Source of the DNA: an uncultured Candidatus Saccharibacteria bacterium
GTDB lineage: Bacteria; Patescibacteriota; UBA1384; XYA2-FULL-43-10; CAINNR01
Direction of reading: 5' to 3'
NCBI GenBank assembly: GCA_964425445.1
Contig: CAYRLY010000001.1
Coordinates: 71,537-131,455 of the forward strand
DNA: 59,919 nucleotides
Shown in pieces: positions 1 through 10,346 of this stretch. The notes beneath the pieces were generated by a model. That model made no database searches, had not been told where the DNA came from, and worked only from the letters and a program-made list of their open reading frames with translations. Each line of letters opens with the position of its first letter. Position 1 is the stretch's first letter. A program made the position numbers and the translations under genes.

Positions 1-1
1 G

Positions 2-205
2 TTTAATTTAAAAAGTTCAAAAAATATTCAACTGTCAATTTTCTCCGAGATTGAAAAATCTAGGCGTATTTCAGAGGTGATGGATAAAATTGATGATGAC
101 TTTGGTGTTGGTTTTATCCATCCAGCGTCGGTTTTTTCTGCACGTGGTTCAGCCCCCGATCGTATCCCATTTGGTAAGCCGAGATATGACATTAGAAATT
201 TTTAG
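2..205 (+). CDS. 3' end of a Y-family DNA polymerase (DinB/Pol IV-like) gene, truncated by the window edge
   Basis: The frame is open from the window start to TAG 203-205. The tail ...QLSIFSEIEKSRRISEVMDKIDDDFGVGFIHPASVF... resembles the C-terminal end of DinB-type polymerases. Recognised by eye only. Confidence 0.4.
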   Translation, partial: FNLKSSKNIQLSIFSEIEKSRRISEVMDKIDDDFGVGFIHPASVFSARGSAPDRIPFGKPRYDIRNF

Positions 206-262
206 CTTTAATTTTATCAGTTTTTTTGTTAGTATCAGGTAAAAGGAACAAATGGAGAAAAT

Positions 263-1624
263 ATGAACCAACTGGGAAAGACTGAACGAGACCTGATCAA
301 AGCCAGAGAGGATAAGAGAAAGAAGCTCGAGGCGGCGGGTATTGAAGTTTATCCGGCAAAATCCGACAGAAATTATACGGTTAAAAAAGTTCTCGATTCC
401 CAGAAAGAATTTATTGCTGGGGGCGAAGATTTAAGACTTGCTGGGCGTATAGTTTCTCTTCGCGGTCATGGGGCGATTATCTTCGCTGATCTGGTTGATG
501 AGTCAGGTAAAATTCAACTTTTCTTCAAAAAGGACAATTTAGAAAATGATTTTAAAATAATTGAGCTTCTGGATATCGGTGATTTTATTGATGCGACTGG
601 AAAACTTTTTATCACTAAGGCAGGAGAGACGACGCTGGAAGTTTCCAAATTTAAACTTTTAACTAAATCTATGCGACCTTTGCCGGAGAAGTGGCATGGG
701 CTCACGGATGTCGAAACTCGTTATCGCGAACGTTATGTTGATCTGATAGTAAATCCAGAAGTTAAAGATCTTTTTTACAAGAGATCAAAAATAATTCAAA
801 CTTTGAGGAGTTTTCTCTCTGAAAATGGCTTTTTGGAAGTTGATACTCCGACGCTTCAGACGATCGCCGGTGGTGCTGTTGCCAAGCCTTTTATCACTCA
901 CTACAATGCTTATGATCGTGATGTTTATTTACGAATTGCGCCAGAGCTTTATCTTAAACGCCTAATTGTCGGAGGATTTGAAAAAGTCTTTGAATTTGCC
1001 CGATGTTTTCGAAACGAAGGAGTGGATGCGACTCACAACCCTGAATTTACAAATCTAGAATTTTACTGGGCATATACTGATTACGGAAAGCTTATGGAAT
1101 TTACCGAAGAGTTGATGCGCAATTTGGTCAAAGAGGTTTTTGGTAGACTCGACATTGAAATTGCTGGCGAAAAGATAGATTTTGGAGAAAAGTTCCCGCG
1201 AATAACTTTCGATGAAATGACCGGGGGAAAAAACACTGATGAAGCTTTTAAGGCCGCAGTTAAAAAGACGATCCGCCCAACATTTGCCATTGATCACCCG
1301 GTTGATATTTCACCATTAGCAAAAAGGAAGGATGTGAGCACCGTTGAGCGCTTCCAACTGATTTTAGGTGGTTTGGAAGTCGCCAACGCATTCTCAGAGC
1401 TAAACGATCCAGTTGATCAAAAGAAGCGTTTTGAAGAGCAGACCGAGCGAAAAGAAGATGGCGAGAAGCACCCATATGACGAGGATTTTATCAAAGCGCT
1501 AGAATATGGTATGCCGCCAACTGCCGGCTGGGGCATGGGAATTGACCGCATTGTCATGCTTCTAACAGGTTCAAAAACGCTGCGTGAAATTTTATTATTC
1601 CCATTTATGAAACCAGAGAAATAA
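263..1624 (+). CDS. lysS: Lysyl-tRNA synthetase, class II
   Basis: 453 aa with an N-terminal OB anticodon-binding region and a class II core (FRNEG, ...GMGIDRIVMLLTG). GGAGA lies upstream of the ATG. Confidence 0.93.
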   Translation: MNQLGKTERDLIKAREDKRKKLEAAGIEVYPAKSDRNYTVKKVLDSQKEFIAGGEDLRLAGRIVSLRGHGAIIFADLVDESGKIQLFFKKDNLENDFKIIELLDIGDFIDATGKLFITKAGETTLEVSKFKLLTKSMRPLPEKWHGLTDVETRYRERYVDLIVNPEVKDLFYKRSKIIQTLRSFLSENGFLEVDTPTLQTIAGGAVAKPFITHYNAYDRDVYLRIAPELYLKRLIVGGFEKVFEFARCFRNEGVDATHNPEFTNLEFYWAYTDYGKLMEFTEELMRNLVKEVFGRLDIEIAGEKIDFGEKFPRITFDEMTGGKNTDEAFKAAVKKTIRPTFAIDHPVDISPLAKRKDVSTVERFQLILGGLEVANAFSELNDPVDQKKRFEEQTERKEDGEKHPYDEDFIKALEYGMPPTAGWGMGIDRIVMLLTGSKTLREILLFPFMKPEK

Positions 1625-1644
1625 TTGAAAACTTAAGGAGCAAT

Positions 1645-2904
1645 ATGTTGGATATTGAAATTATTAGAACAAAACCGGAGGAAATCAAAAAAGCTATCGC
1701 CAGAAAAGGTGCTGATCCGGCTTTAATTGACGAAGTTATCCTTATTGATCGTAATCGCCGCCGGGTGTTATCAGAGCTTGAACGAGCACAATCAGAGCTC
1801 AATAAATCCTCCAAAGATATTGCTGGACTGCATGGCCAACAAAAAATTGATGCAATTAACCAGGCTTCTGTCTCTTCGGCAAAGGTCAAAGAGTTGAAAC
1901 CGGAGGCTGACGCAGCGCAAAAAGAATATACAGAAATTATGTTGCAAGTTCCCAATCCTCCGCTGCCTGATGTTGTTGATGGCCAGTCAGACAAGGATAA
2001 CAAAGTTAATAGGACTGTTGGCAAACCAAAAAAGTTTACCTTTAAAATCAAAGATCATGTCGAATTAGGTGAGGATCTGGACTTGATTGATATTGAGCGA
2101 GCAGGGAAGATTTCCGGATCACGTTTTTATTTTCTCAAAAATGAATTAGTTCAGCTCGAATTTGCTTTGGTCCAATATGCCCTAGACATTTTAGTCAAAG
2201 AGGGTTTTTCCCCGATGATTCCGCCGATACTTCTCAATCGTGAAACAATGACCGGTGCTGGTTATCTGCCCGCAGGTGAGGATGAAATTTATAAAAATCA
2301 AGATGATCTGTTTTTGGCCGGAACTTCAGAACAACCGCTTGCCGGATATCACAAGGACGAAATTTTGGAAAAAGGTGTATTACCACTAAGATACGCCGGA
2401 TTTTCCAGCTGTTTTCGTCGTGAGGCTGGCAGTCATGGTAAGGATGTTCGCGGAATTTTGCGTGCACACCAGTTTGACAAAGTTGAGATGTTTTCTTTTT
2501 GTGAGCCAAAGAATTCCGAAAAGGAGCATGAATTTCTGGTTTCTTTGGAGGAAAAAATTGTCTCTGGGCTGGGTCTCCCATATCAGATAATTGATATTTG
2601 TGCCGGTGATTTAGGGGCTCCGGCAGCGAAAAAATATGATTTAGAAACTTGGATGCCGGGTCAAGACCAGTATAGAGAAACTCATTCTTGTTCAAATTGC
2701 ACTGATTTTCAGGCGCGACGGCTCAATATTCGTTATCGCGACAAAGACGGCAAGGTTGCCGTTCTTCACACCTTAAACGGAACTGCTATTGCCATCGGAC
2801 GGATGTTAATTGCTATAATGGAAAATGGACAGAGAAAAGATGGTAGCATCGAAATACCGAAAGCGCTCCACAAGTATCTGCCCTATAAAGAGATTAAAAA
2901 ATAA
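1645..2904 (+). CDS. serS: Seryl-tRNA synthetase
   Basis: 419 aa with an N-terminal coiled-coil arm and a class II core (FRREAGSHGKDVRGILRAHQFDKVE, TLNGTAIAIGR). Confidence 0.93.
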   Translation: MLDIEIIRTKPEEIKKAIARKGADPALIDEVILIDRNRRRVLSELERAQSELNKSSKDIAGLHGQQKIDAINQASVSSAKVKELKPEADAAQKEYTEIMLQVPNPPLPDVVDGQSDKDNKVNRTVGKPKKFTFKIKDHVELGEDLDLIDIERAGKISGSRFYFLKNELVQLEFALVQYALDILVKEGFSPMIPPILLNRETMTGAGYLPAGEDEIYKNQDDLFLAGTSEQPLAGYHKDEILEKGVLPLRYAGFSSCFRREAGSHGKDVRGILRAHQFDKVEMFSFCEPKNSEKEHEFLVSLEEKIVSGLGLPYQIIDICAGDLGAPAAKKYDLETWMPGQDQYRETHSCSNCTDFQARRLNIRYRDKDGKVAVLHTLNGTAIAIGRMLIAIMENGQRKDGSIEIPKALHKYLPYKEIKK

Positions 2905-2925
2905 TATTTGTAAAACAGGAGGACT

Positions 2926-3300
2926 ATGGATATAAGCATTTCCACTAGGGGTGTGATTGTTACTGCTCGGCAGAAATCATACATAGAAAAAAGAATTTTA
3001 AAATTTAATAAATATTTGAAACATTTGAGCCCAGTTAAGGCAGCAGTCCAGTTGATTGATGACTCCGGACCAAATAAAACCGGAGTGACACAGACAGTAA
3101 AAATTGATCTTGATGCTCCGGGCTACGAACTTCATATTGAGGAGAAAAAGAATAACTTGATGAAGGCTTTTGCTAATGCTGTTAGCGCAGCGGAGAGACA
3201 AGTTAGAGATCAGCACAAGCAAAAAATCGAAAAGCGTCGTCGTGGAGTCAGCTTTGACAGCGTTGTTAATATATTCGGAAAATTTCGCCGAAAGAAATAA
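2926..3300 (+). CDS. hpf: Ribosome hibernation/ribosome-associated inhibitor family protein (HPF/RaiA-like)
   Basis: 124 aa. The pattern ...ARQKSYIEKRILKFNKYL... plus a basic tail is typical of the YfiA/HPF family. Confidence 0.75.
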   Translation: MDISISTRGVIVTARQKSYIEKRILKFNKYLKHLSPVKAAVQLIDDSGPNKTGVTQTVKIDLDAPGYELHIEEKKNNLMKAFANAVSAAERQVRDQHKQKIEKRRRGVSFDSVVNIFGKFRRKK

Positions 3301-3427
3301 ATTTTAATTGTAATAGTGATTATCTCGTGCTAAAATTAGTTCGAAGTTTATAAAGTTTAAAGTCCATAAAGTTCATGGAATTCTTTTGATTTATAAACTT
3401 TGAAAACTTTAAATTTTTGTCTCGACT

Positions 3428-6106
3428 ATGTCAATTTTTTCCAAATTTTTTTCTGACTCGAAACAGAAGGTAGTTAAGCGTTACCAGCCTTTTGTTGATG
3501 AAGTTAATGCTTTTGAAGCGGAGATCAAGAAGAAAAGTGACAAACAGCTCAAAGAGTACACTGTCCTGTATAAGAAAAAACTTGAGGATAAAAATCGGGA
3601 GCAACAAGAAAAAATTCTTGAAGGTATTATGCCGGAAGCGTTTGCCGTTGTTCGTGAAGTTTCCCGTCGTGTTTGGGGTGAGCGGCACTTTGATGTTCAG
3701 TTAATCGGTGGTGCGGTTCTTCATAAGGGCGAGATCGCCGAAATGAAAACTGGTGAAGGAAAAACACTTGTTGCAACACTAGCACTTTATCTCAATGCCC
3801 TTACCGGACGCGGCGTTCATCTAGTTACGGTGAATGATTATTTATCTCGCAGTCAGGGTGAAGGAATGGGTGAGATTTATAATTTCTTGGGTTTGTCGAT
3901 TGGTATTATTCAAAATCAACAGATCTCGTATAAATTTGAGAAGAAAAAGGACTACAAACATTATTCAGAAGCTGATGGTTCCAATTTAATTCCCTGTTCT
4001 CGCAAGGAAGCCTACGCTTGCGATATAACTTATGGCACCAATAATGAATTCGGTTTTGATTATCTTCGCGATAACATGGCACCAACCTTGGAACATTGCG
4101 TCCAGCGTGAACTCAATTATGCTATTGTCGATGAGGTTGATTCAATTTTAATTGATGAGGCGAGGACCCCATTAATAATCTCTGCACCGGCGGAAGAGTC
4201 AGCTTCGCTCTATCAGAAATTTGCAGCCCTAGTTCCAAGGCTAACCAAAGATCAAGATTATACCGTTGATGAAAAAGATCGGGCGGTAATGATTACTGAC
4301 GAAGGGATAAAAAAAATTGAGGAGGCGCTTGGTGTCACTAATATTTACGATCAAGACGGGATAATGCTTGTCCACCATCTGGAAGAGGCGTTGAAAGCAC
4401 ATGCTTTATTTAAAAAAGATAAAGATTATATTATCAAGGATGGTGAAGTGGTCATTGTCGATGAGTTTACCGGTCGGCTGATGCCTGGCCGTCGCTACTC
4501 TGAAGGACTTCATCAGGCGATCGAGGCTAAAGAGGGGGTCGAGGTTAAACGCGAGTCGCAAACGATGGCAACGATCTCTTTCCAAAATCTGTTTCGACTC
4601 TATAACAAATTGTCTGGTATGACCGGTACAGCAGCGACTGAAGCTGAGGAATTTTACAAAATTTACAAACTTGATGTGACCGAGATCCCGACAAATAAGC
4701 CGATGGTAAGAATTGATCGTCAGGATCAAATATTTAAGACTGAAAATGGAAAAATCCAAGCAATTGTCGCTGATATTGCCGAAAAACAGAAAATCGGGCA
4801 GCCTGTTTTGGTTGGCACTGTATCTGTTGAGAAAAACGAACAGATATCAAAAAGCTTGAAACGTGGCGGAGTAAAGCATGAAATACTTAATGCTAAAAAT
4901 CATGCCCGTGAAGCAAAGATCATCGCCAAAGCCGGTCAGCGCGGTGCGGTGACTGTTGCCACTAATATGGCTGGTCGTGGTACTGACATCAAATTGGGCG
5001 AAGGTATTGCTAAACTTGGCGGTCTATATGTAATTGGCACCGAGCGTCATGAGTCGCGACGAATTGATAACCAGCTTCGAGGACGTGCCGGTCGTCAGGG
5101 TGATCCTGGTTGTTCTCAGTTTTTTGTTTCTATGGAAGACGACCTGATGCGAATTTTCGGCGGTGATCGAATGAAAATGCTAATGGAACGTCTAGGTCTT
5201 CCTGAGGATGTGCCAATTGAAAATTCAATGATCTCTAAATCAATTGAGTCGGCTCAGAAGAAAGTTGAGGGACATAACTTTGACACTCGCAAGCATTTGG
5301 TCGAATACGATGATGTGATGAACTCACATCGCAAATATATCTATAGTAAGAGGCGAAAAGTTTTGGAGTCAGCGGCGAATAAAAGCGAAGAAATAAAGGA
5401 CGAAATTATTTCAATGGTCAAAGAAGAAGTTGAGGCGATGTTTGTTGCTTTGACTGATGATAAGGAAAAATTAAGAACGGAAGTTGAGGCGATTTTTGGT
5501 GAGGGGAAAATTAGGGAACTTTCACTTGACCAAATATTAAAATATATTGACGAAGAATATCAAAGACGCGAGAAAAGATTCGGCTCTCTTATTATGAGGC
5601 AGATCGAACAAGCAGTTTATCTGCGGAATATTGATATGCTTTGGGTCGAGCATTTGACGACAATGGAAGAGCTCCGAACTGGTATTGGTCTTCGTGGCTA
5701 TGCACAAACTGACCCACTAGTTGCCTATAAGCGTGATGCTTATCGCCTTTTCCAGAATCTCCTTGCGGCGATAAAATCTGGGGTAGTTAAAAATATTTTC
5801 CGGATTGAAATTTCAGCGCCACCACAGGTTAAGGAAGAGAGGTCACTTGAATATCAGTCACCTGACCCAAATGAAATTGGCGATCTTAAAGATGAAATGG
5901 AAGAAATTTCGGAAGAAAATACCAGTGGTTCTAAACAGGGCGGAGGAGTGACAACAGTGATAAGGCAGAAAGGAAAAACAGTTTATGACCGGATGGAACA
6001 ACCAACCGGTGAAACCCAGACGATAAAAAGTGCGGCACATATCGGTCGAAATGATCCTTGCCCGTGCGGAAGTGGCAAAAAATATAAAAAATGCTGCGGG
6101 AAATAA
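3428..6106 (+). CDS. secA: Preprotein translocase ATPase SecA
   Basis: 892 aa with MKTGEGKT Walker A, DEVDSILIDEARTPLIIS, and a C-terminal zinc finger CPCGSGKKYKKCCG. Confidence 0.96.
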   Translation: MSIFSKFFSDSKQKVVKRYQPFVDEVNAFEAEIKKKSDKQLKEYTVLYKKKLEDKNREQQEKILEGIMPEAFAVVREVSRRVWGERHFDVQLIGGAVLHKGEIAEMKTGEGKTLVATLALYLNALTGRGVHLVTVNDYLSRSQGEGMGEIYNFLGLSIGIIQNQQISYKFEKKKDYKHYSEADGSNLIPCSRKEAYACDITYGTNNEFGFDYLRDNMAPTLEHCVQRELNYAIVDEVDSILIDEARTPLIISAPAEESASLYQKFAALVPRLTKDQDYTVDEKDRAVMITDEGIKKIEEALGVTNIYDQDGIMLVHHLEEALKAHALFKKDKDYIIKDGEVVIVDEFTGRLMPGRRYSEGLHQAIEAKEGVEVKRESQTMATISFQNLFRLYNKLSGMTGTAATEAEEFYKIYKLDVTEIPTNKPMVRIDRQDQIFKTENGKIQAIVADIAEKQKIGQPVLVGTVSVEKNEQISKSLKRGGVKHEILNAKNHAREAKIIAKAGQRGAVTVATNMAGRGTDIKLGEGIAKLGGLYVIGTERHESRRIDNQLRGRAGRQGDPGCSQFFVSMEDDLMRIFGGDRMKMLMERLGLPEDVPIENSMISKSIESAQKKVEGHNFDTRKHLVEYDDVMNSHRKYIYSKRRKVLESAANKSEEIKDEIISMVKEEVEAMFVALTDDKEKLRTEVEAIFGEGKIRELSLDQILKYIDEEYQRREKRFGSLIMRQIEQAVYLRNIDMLWVEHLTTMEELRTGIGLRGYAQTDPLVAYKRDAYRLFQNLLAAIKSGVVKNIFRIEISAPPQVKEERSLEYQSPDPNEIGDLKDEMEEISEENTSGSKQGGGVTTVIRQKGKTVYDRMEQPTGETQTIKSAAHIGRNDPCPCGSGKKYKKCCGK

Positions 6107-6116
6107 AAGCAACTGG

Positions 6117-7052
6117 ATGAAAACAAAAAAGATTTTTTACAAAGACCAAGTTCTTGTTATTAATCAACGTGGTGGTGGGATTGCGGAGTACTATTTAAGC
6201 TCAGGATCGAAACGAACAGATATTATTTTTGGTTATAGCGACGAAGATAAATATGCCGGCAGCATGGGAGATGTTCTTTCTCCTTTTCCTGGCAGAGTTG
6301 AAAATGGTAAATACACTTTTCATGGTGAGAAGAATAAAATCGTTGGTCTTTCGGATCCAGGAAAAAATCCTTGTCATCCGTTTGTAAAATATCTTGATTG
6401 GGATTTGGAATTAATCGATGAGAATAATTTGCGGGCAAGACTGCAATTTGAAAACGGCTCCAGTCCTGATTATGGCTATCCATATTCGCTCAGTTACATG
6501 ATTGATTATGAGTTAAATAATTCCGGTCTTATTGTAAAAACACTGGTAAAAAATATTGGAGAAAAGGTAGCACCTTTTGGCCTCGGTTTCCATCCATATT
6601 TTTCTTTTTCTGGTCAGATCGATGAAATTAAATTGAAAATTCCAGCGAAAAAATTGGTAGATTTTGATCATGATTTAAAACCAACTGGTAAATTTACCGA
6701 GACTAGAGATTCAAATCTGGATTTTTCTCGGAATAAAAAAATTGGAAGTAAGAAAATTGATAATTGTTTTTTTGATCTTGATTTTGACCAAGACCGAGTC
6801 GCAAAAACCAAACTTACATCTTCCGATGGTATGAAAGAGATCACTATTTGGCAGGATAGTAATTTCCCCTACCTGCAGGTTTACACCGGAGACAAGATAA
6901 AAATCAGCCAATATTTACGACGGGCAATTGCAATTGAGCCGATGAGCTGTTGCGGTTATGCAGCCAATATTCCGAACATGGGCCTAATTGAGCTGCAGCC
7001 AATGAGCGAATTCTTCGGTTCTTGGGGTGTTAATTCCATTTTTAATCATTGA
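6117..7052 (+). CDS. Aldose 1-epimerase (galactose mutarotase-like) family protein
   Basis: The track ORF starts at 6030 inside secA. ATG 6117 (MKTKKIFYKDQ...) removes the overlap. GFHPYF and the overall beta-sandwich-like pattern fit the mutarotase superfamily. Confidence 0.65.
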   Translation: MKTKKIFYKDQVLVINQRGGGIAEYYLSSGSKRTDIIFGYSDEDKYAGSMGDVLSPFPGRVENGKYTFHGEKNKIVGLSDPGKNPCHPFVKYLDWDLELIDENNLRARLQFENGSSPDYGYPYSLSYMIDYELNNSGLIVKTLVKNIGEKVAPFGLGFHPYFSFSGQIDEIKLKIPAKKLVDFDHDLKPTGKFTETRDSNLDFSRNKKIGSKKIDNCFFDLDFDQDRVAKTKLTSSDGMKEITIWQDSNFPYLQVYTGDKIKISQYLRRAIAIEPMSCCGYAANIPNMGLIELQPMSEFFGSWGVNSIFNH

Positions 7053-7091
7053 AAAAAATGCTATAATACTATCAGTTAATCGAGGAGGGGC

Positions 7092-8663
7092 TTGAAAAGA
7101 GTTCTACTTGTAATAATGGATGGTTGGGGTCTTTCGCCTTTGAAGGAAGGTAATGCTACATATTCTGCGAAAACTCCGAATCTCGACTGGGTTTATGGTA
7201 ATTATCCCAAAACTGCAATTTCGGCCTCAGGCATTGATGTCGGTGTTTCTGCTGATGAGGTTGGCAATTCTGAAGTAGGTCACCTAAATTTAGGTTCTGG
7301 CCGAGTTGTCTGGGAGAGTTTGCCTAGAATCGACCAATCAATCGCCAAAGGTGATTTTGCTAAAAACAAAAATCTAATCTCGGTTCTAGATCGTGTCAGG
7401 TCAAGCGGATCGAGCCTTCATCTCTTTGGCCTTTGTTCGGCCGGAGGAGTTCATTCAAGTATAGATCACCTCTATGCTTTTTTGCGATCCGCCAAAGAAC
7501 GAGGGGTTGAGAAGGTATATATTCATATGGTGACTGATGGGCGTGATACTGCACCGAAGGTTGCTCTTGAGGATGCAAAATTAATAGAAGCAAAAATTGC
7601 TGAGATTGGTGCTGGAAAAATTGCAACAATTATAGGTCGATTTTATGCAATGGATCGTGATAAACATTATGAGCGAACCTCAAAATCTTATAATTTGATG
7701 GTTTTGGGGCAAGGTGATCAGTATAAAACAGCAGGAGAGGCGATCGAGGCAAATTATCGAGCCGGTGCCGATGATGAAAAAATCGGTGCATGTTTGATAG
7801 ATTCTAATGGAATGATTAGGCCTGGCGATGGCCTGGTATTTATTAACTTTCGCTCCGACCGCATGCGGCAAATGCTCTCAGCTTTTGAAAATGACAGTGT
7901 TTCAGAATTTCAACGACAGAAAGTTAGTAATTTGGCGATGGTTACGATGACCTCCTATTTTGCCGGTCAAAAAACTCCGGTTATATTTACTCCAATAAAT
8001 ATGGATAATGTTTTGGCTGATTGTTTAGAGAAAAATAATTTATCTCAATGCCATATAGCCGAAACAGAAAAATATGCTCATGTTACCTATTTTTTCAATG
8101 GCGGCGAAGAGAAACCGCATGATCATGAGGACCAAGTTTTAGTTGCTTCCCCAAGGGTAGAGAGCTATGATCAGGCGCCGGAGATGTCCGCCTTGTTGGT
8201 TAAAGACAAAACAATCGAAGCTATAAACAAAGATTACAGTTTTATTGTTGTGAATTTTGCTAATGGAGATATGGTTGGTCATACTGGAAATTTTGAGGCT
8301 ACAGTTAAGGCTGCTGAAGCTGTTGACGGCTGCATCGGCCAGATTTTGACTGCTGCTTCCGCTAAGGGCTTGGTTGTTATTATTACTGCAGATCATGGCA
8401 ACTGTGAGTTGATGATTAATCCGGCAAATAACGAAATTAACAAAGAACACACGTCCAGCCCGGTACCTTTTATCCTTCTTGATTTAGCTGAAAAACCGTT
8501 TACTCCGCAGTCAGGAACCGATTTTAACCATGAAACATTGTTGGAATATTCATCCACTCCATCTACCGGAATTTTAGCCGATGTTTCTCCCACGATCATG
8601 CAAATTTTGGGGGTTGCAAAGGCAGACGAAATGTCCGGTATAGATCTCTCGAATTTAATTTAG
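7092..8663 (+). CDS. gpmI: 2,3-bisphosphoglycerate-independent phosphoglycerate mutase
   Basis: 523 aa with MDGWG..., NSEVGHLNLGSGR and ADHGN motifs. TTG start after GAGGAGG. Confidence 0.9.
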   Translation: MKRVLLVIMDGWGLSPLKEGNATYSAKTPNLDWVYGNYPKTAISASGIDVGVSADEVGNSEVGHLNLGSGRVVWESLPRIDQSIAKGDFAKNKNLISVLDRVRSSGSSLHLFGLCSAGGVHSSIDHLYAFLRSAKERGVEKVYIHMVTDGRDTAPKVALEDAKLIEAKIAEIGAGKIATIIGRFYAMDRDKHYERTSKSYNLMVLGQGDQYKTAGEAIEANYRAGADDEKIGACLIDSNGMIRPGDGLVFINFRSDRMRQMLSAFENDSVSEFQRQKVSNLAMVTMTSYFAGQKTPVIFTPINMDNVLADCLEKNNLSQCHIAETEKYAHVTYFFNGGEEKPHDHEDQVLVASPRVESYDQAPEMSALLVKDKTIEAINKDYSFIVVNFANGDMVGHTGNFEATVKAAEAVDGCIGQILTAASAKGLVVIITADHGNCELMINPANNEINKEHTSSPVPFILLDLAEKPFTPQSGTDFNHETLLEYSSTPSTGILADVSPTIMQILGVAKADEMSGIDLSNLI

Positions 8664-8675
8664 TAAAATAGTGAA

Positions 8676-9362
8676 ATGGCAATGATTGAATTCCAACATG
8701 TGACTAAGAAATATTCCAGCAGCATTACTGCTGTTGATGATGTAAATTTTAAAATCGCCAAAGGCGAATTTGTTGCCTTAGTTGGTCCTTCCGGTGCTGG
8801 TAAATCGACCTTAATAAAAATGTTAATTCGTGAAGAGATGCCCTCTAGTGGCCGGATTTTGGTCGCCGAAAGAGATATTTTTCAGCTTCGCGAAAGAGAG
8901 CTACCTTATTATCGCCGAAAAGTAGGGGTGATTTTTCAGGATTTTAAACTACTTTCCAAAAAAACGGTTTATGAAAATGTTGCGTTTGCCTTAGAGGTTG
9001 CCGGAGTTTTCACCAGCATAATTAAAAAACGAGTACCAGAAATGTTGGCGTTAGTTGGATTGGAAAATCGTTCAAACGCACTTTCTGAAGAATTATCAGG
9101 CGGAGAGAAACAGCGCGTTTCGATTGCCAGAGCGCTGGTTCACGAGCCTAAGCTTCTGATCGCTGATGAGCCAACAGGCAATCTTGATCCGGTAAATTCG
9201 TGGGAGATTATGGAACTTTTATTTAAAATTAACAAGCAAGGGACGGTAGTGCTTTTGGCGACACATAACAAAGAGGTGGTTGACGCTATAAATAAAAGAG
9301 TAATTACAATGAAGGATGGTAGGGTTGTCAGTGATAAAGAAAATGGTAAATATATAATATAG
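8676..9362 (+). CDS. ftsE: Cell-division ABC ATPase FtsE
   Basis: Walker A GPSGAGKST, signature LSGGEKQR, Walker B LLIADEPTGNLD. It is followed directly by an FtsX-like permease. Confidence 0.9.
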   Translation: MAMIEFQHVTKKYSSSITAVDDVNFKIAKGEFVALVGPSGAGKSTLIKMLIREEMPSSGRILVAERDIFQLRERELPYYRRKVGVIFQDFKLLSKKTVYENVAFALEVAGVFTSIIKKRVPEMLALVGLENRSNALSEELSGGEKQRVSIARALVHEPKLLIADEPTGNLDPVNSWEIMELLFKINKQGTVVLLATHNKEVVDAINKRVITMKDGRVVSDKENGKYII

Positions 9363-9372
9363 ATAAAAGCAA

Positions 9373-10311
9373 ATGAAAAGTGGTAATGGGTTACAATTAT
9401 TCTTTATAATGCTTGGCCGAATTATTAAAATGTCGGTAGTCTCATTTTGGCGAAATAGATGGCTATCTTTGGCTACGACTTTGATAATAATTTTAACTTT
9501 GATAATAATCTCCGTTTTTTCTTTTATGGCACTTATAGTAAATAAAACCGCAACTTCATTGAGAGAAAAAGTTGATCTTGTTGTTTATCTGAAAGATAGT
9601 GATTCTGAAGAGCAGATCAGGGCGCTTCGAGAAATCATCGAGTCTCGACCTGAGGTTGAAAGTATAATATATGTTTCCAAGAAGGATGCACTCCTCAGGT
9701 GGCAAACGAGATATAATAATGATGAAAATTTAAAAAATGCCGTGACAGAGGACGACAACCCATTGCCCAGGAGTTTAGAAGTCAAGACAACCGAAGCTGA
9801 GCAAATTTCTACGATTGCGGAATTTTTGCAAAATGAGGATTACTCCCCACTGATTAGCCAATTAAGCTACGAAAAAAACAAAACACTTATTGATCGGTTG
9901 GTTAGCATTACATCTTTTATTAAAAAAGCTGGCAGCGGATTATCAATTTTGTTCATAATAATTTCTATTTTTGTTGTTTATAACGCAGTGAAAATTACAA
10001 TTTTTGCTAGATCGCAAGAATTGGAGATAATGCGACTTGTTGGTGCAACCGATTCTTATGTTAGATTACCATTTGTTTTTGAGGGAGTGATATATGGACT
10101 TCTGGCGGCTGTAGTAAGCTCGCTTATTCTTATCATTTCTTATAATTTTTTGAATTTGCCGCTTAGCAATTATCTGAATAATATTGGTTATGATGTTGGA
10201 GCGTTTATAAAAACTTCAGTTTTTCAGGTCGTTGGTTTGCAGTTTTTAATTGCATTGCTCTTAGGGATATTTTGTTCATTTTGGGCGACCAGAGAGCATC
10301 TTAGCAAGTAG
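9373..10311 (+). CDS. ftsX: Cell-division permease FtsX
   Basis: 312 aa with TM1, a large extracytoplasmic loop and three C-terminal TM segments. Gene order is ftsE-ftsX. Confidence 0.85.
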   Translation: MKSGNGLQLFFIMLGRIIKMSVVSFWRNRWLSLATTLIIILTLIIISVFSFMALIVNKTATSLREKVDLVVYLKDSDSEEQIRALREIIESRPEVESIIYVSKKDALLRWQTRYNNDENLKNAVTEDDNPLPRSLEVKTTEAEQISTIAEFLQNEDYSPLISQLSYEKNKTLIDRLVSITSFIKKAGSGLSILFIIISIFVVYNAVKITIFARSQELEIMRLVGATDSYVRLPFVFEGVIYGLLAAVVSSLILIISYNFLNLPLSNYLNNIGYDVGAFIKTSVFQVVGLQFLIALLLGIFCSFWATREHLSK

Positions 10312-10346
10312 ATTTTGATTGTTTTTATTATCATGATAGAATCATT

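Noticed and set aside
1605-2051. Long antisense or alternative-frame ORFs inside conserved genes, e.g. 1605-2051(-), 4406-4759(-), 20163-20621(-), 32289-32795(-), 54167-54589(-), 17036-17353(-)
   Set aside because: They fully overlap strongly supported genes on the opposite strand. Their products are low-complexity S/F/I-rich sequences typical of antisense frames in AT-rich coding DNA. None has an SD.
3340-3420. AT-rich repeats upstream of secA: AAGTTTATAAA / TTTATAAACTT inverted repeat, the TCCAT..ATGGA hairpin, and TTGAAAACTTTAAATTTTTG resembling TTGAAACTTTGGAATTTTG at 38988-39006
   Set aside because: These are short, low-complexity matches in very AT-rich intergenic DNA. Chance similarity or generic promoter/UP-element composition cannot be excluded without a genome-wide motif count.
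6030-6116. N-terminal extensions of track ORFs: 6030 into secA, 12754 for rplI, 21631 for gatC, 27898 for htrA, 29513 for the mini-gene, 52108 for the island-3 gene
   Set aside because: Each extension overlaps an upstream gene or promoter, or uses a non-ATG start with no SD. In each case an internal start with a better SD and the expected family N-terminus exists.
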